In this document: positions 34,780 to 36,709 of the stretch, piece after piece
Numbering within the stretch: position 1 is the first letter of the stretch
How the letters are laid out: every line of letters starts with the position of its first letter
Assembly (NCBI RefSeq): GCF_001194135.2
Contig: NC_068999.1
Location: forward strand, 11,460,197 to 11,496,905
Direction of reading: 5' to 3'
Length of the DNA: 36,709 bases
From: Octopus bimaculoides
Lineage: Eukaryota
Notes under the pieces: generated by a model
The model's database searches: none
What the model saw: the letters and a program-made list of their open reading frames with translations, nothing else
Told to the model about the DNA's origin: nothing
Program-made: the position numbers and the translations under genes

Positions 34780-34989
34780 CTCTGTGAAATGCATGGTGTT
34801 ACGTTATTCTCCTACATTTCTTCAGTACTCATAGAACATGGCTCTCTCATTTCATCTCTTCGTCTTTGTCTTTCAGTCTGTCTGTCTGTCTGTCTGTCTG
34901 TCTCTTTCCCCTGTCTCCCATCTCTTTCTTTCTCTCTTCTCTAATCATATTCTTTTTACGCCTGCCACTATTTCACGATTGCCACTCAA

Positions 34990-35050
<61 letters not shown>

Positions 35051-35480
35051 TTTGTATTCCCGCGCTCTCTCTTTATCCCACTCTCTGAATTCCCCTCTTT
35101 CTATCCCTCTATCTCCCTCACTTTCGCTTTCCCATCCTTCCTCTCTAGTTCATTCCATTGATCTTTAATATCGTCACCCCCTCTCATTTTGTTTGTACCA
35201 AGTAACATCTCTCTATATTCCTCTGCAGCCTAATCTCGCAAACATTCTCTTCCACTTTCACTTTCACTTTCCTGAGTCCTCTCACTCTAATATACGTACA
35301 TTTCTCTCTGCTTTCCACTACCTCCCATTCCTTTGTCACCCACTTCTCTTTCTCTCTCGCTTTCTCTCTCTCTGTCTGTCTCTCTCTCTTTCTCTGTCTC
35401 TCTCTCTCCCTCTCTTTCTCTCTCTCTCTTTCCCTCTCTTTCTCTCTCGTTCTCTCAATCTATCTCTTTCTCTCTGTTTG
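34728..35480. repeat. (AAT)n (34728-34779) followed by a CT-rich polypyrimidine region with pure (CT)n at ~34992-35045
   Basis: Read directly. Confidence 0.88.
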
Positions 35481-35654
35481 CTACTTACTTCTCTCATAAA
35501 TTTCACCTCCGAACTCCCTACATCCTTGTTGCGTTATATTTATTTGAACTTAATGACAAGTTTCAGCAAGGCTGACTACAAAGAACTATTGTACAGATTC
35601 CGCTTGTTGCATTGTTTAACTGGCCTAACATGGGTGGATTTAAGGGCGGAAAAA

Positions 35655-35664
35655 CGACGACGAC

Positions 35665-35709
<45 letters not shown>

Positions 35710-36037
35710 GATGATGATGGTGGTGATGATGATGATGATGATGGTGGTGATGATGATGATGATGATGATAGTGGTGGTGGTGGTGTTGGCGGTGGCGGCG
35801 GCGGCGGCGGTGGAGGTAGTGATGGTGGTGGTGGTGGTGGCAGCGGCGGCGGCGATGGTGGTGGTGGTGCTGGTGATGGTTTTGGTGGTGATGGTGGTGA
35901 TGAGGATGACGATGACGACGACGATGATGATGATGAGGAGGATGATATCGATGACTGATGATAAAGTTGTAGATGACGGTGTTCATCATCATCATCTTCG
36001 TCATTATCATCATCATCATCATCATCGTCGTCGTCAA

Positions 36038-36070
<33 letters not shown>

Positions 36071-36709
36071 TATTATCATCATCATTCTTGTGACAATATT
36101 AAATGTGATGTTGCTTGCGAAAAATGGTGTTGGTAGTCATGATGTTTGTAATGGTGTTCGTAGCGGTGCTAGGGAGATGATGACAACGACAAAACCTATG
36201 ATGTGGTTGGTGATGATAATACGATCGATTTATGAAGACATTGCTGCTCCCACCGCCGCCGCAGCCGCCGCCACCCGCAACGAAGACGAGGCAGCGACAA
36301 CGATGGCAAAGATAAGAGCGATGACGACTACGACGACGATGAAAACGACGACGACATAAAATGATCATGAACATCATCATAATCACCATCACCATTATCG
36401 ACTTCATCATTATCGTCATCACCATCATCATCGACATCATCATCCTCCATATCATCATCATCATCGCCGTCGCGTCGTCACCATCATCATCACCACCACC
36501 ACAACCATCATCACCACCACCACCACCACCACCACCACTACCAACCTCGTCGTCGTCATCATCATCGACATCACCATCATCACCATCACCATGAGAATCA
36601 TCAACATCACCATCATCATTGTCACCACCATCATCATCGTCATCAATCTCATCAACGCCGTCGCCGCCCTCAACATCACCACCACCACCGCCACCACCAC
36701 CGCCACCAC
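35655..36709. repeat. ~1-kb degenerate triplet region alternating (GAT/GGT/GGC)n and (CAT/CAC)n blocks
   Basis: Read directly; it continues past the window end. Confidence 0.92.

Overview
This is eukaryotic, AT-rich, repeat-dominated non-coding DNA (intronic or intergenic) from a fragmented short-read assembly. It has 15 N-gaps totalling about 6.3 kb (~17%), and 13 of them abut (AT)n arrays. The interspersed repeats are tRNA-derived SINEs of three kinds (called A, B and C here). From memory they match the abundant SINEs of Octopus genomes, so the source is most likely an octopus or other coleoid cephalopod (inference, not a database result). Much of the rest is di-, tri- and tetranucleotide microsatellite, plus one 22-bp minisatellite of about 30 copies. 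I recognise no protein-coding gene: almost every ORF in the supplied track is translated microsatellite or N-run. I see no CRISPR array, rRNA or intact tRNA, and I cannot support a new multi-gene biological system. The best leads are: (1) an inverted SINE pair at 21.3-21.6 kb and several fold-back microsatellite pairs, which would be dsRNA/ADAR substrates if transcribed; (2) evidence of modular SINE evolution (shared core, swapped tails, a nested insertion, tail-seeded GATA repeats); (3) a compact CpG-rich CRE+YY1 element at 9.4-9.5 kb; (4) a few weak, unconfirmed exon candidates; and (5) a probable Illumina adapter remnant at a contig end.
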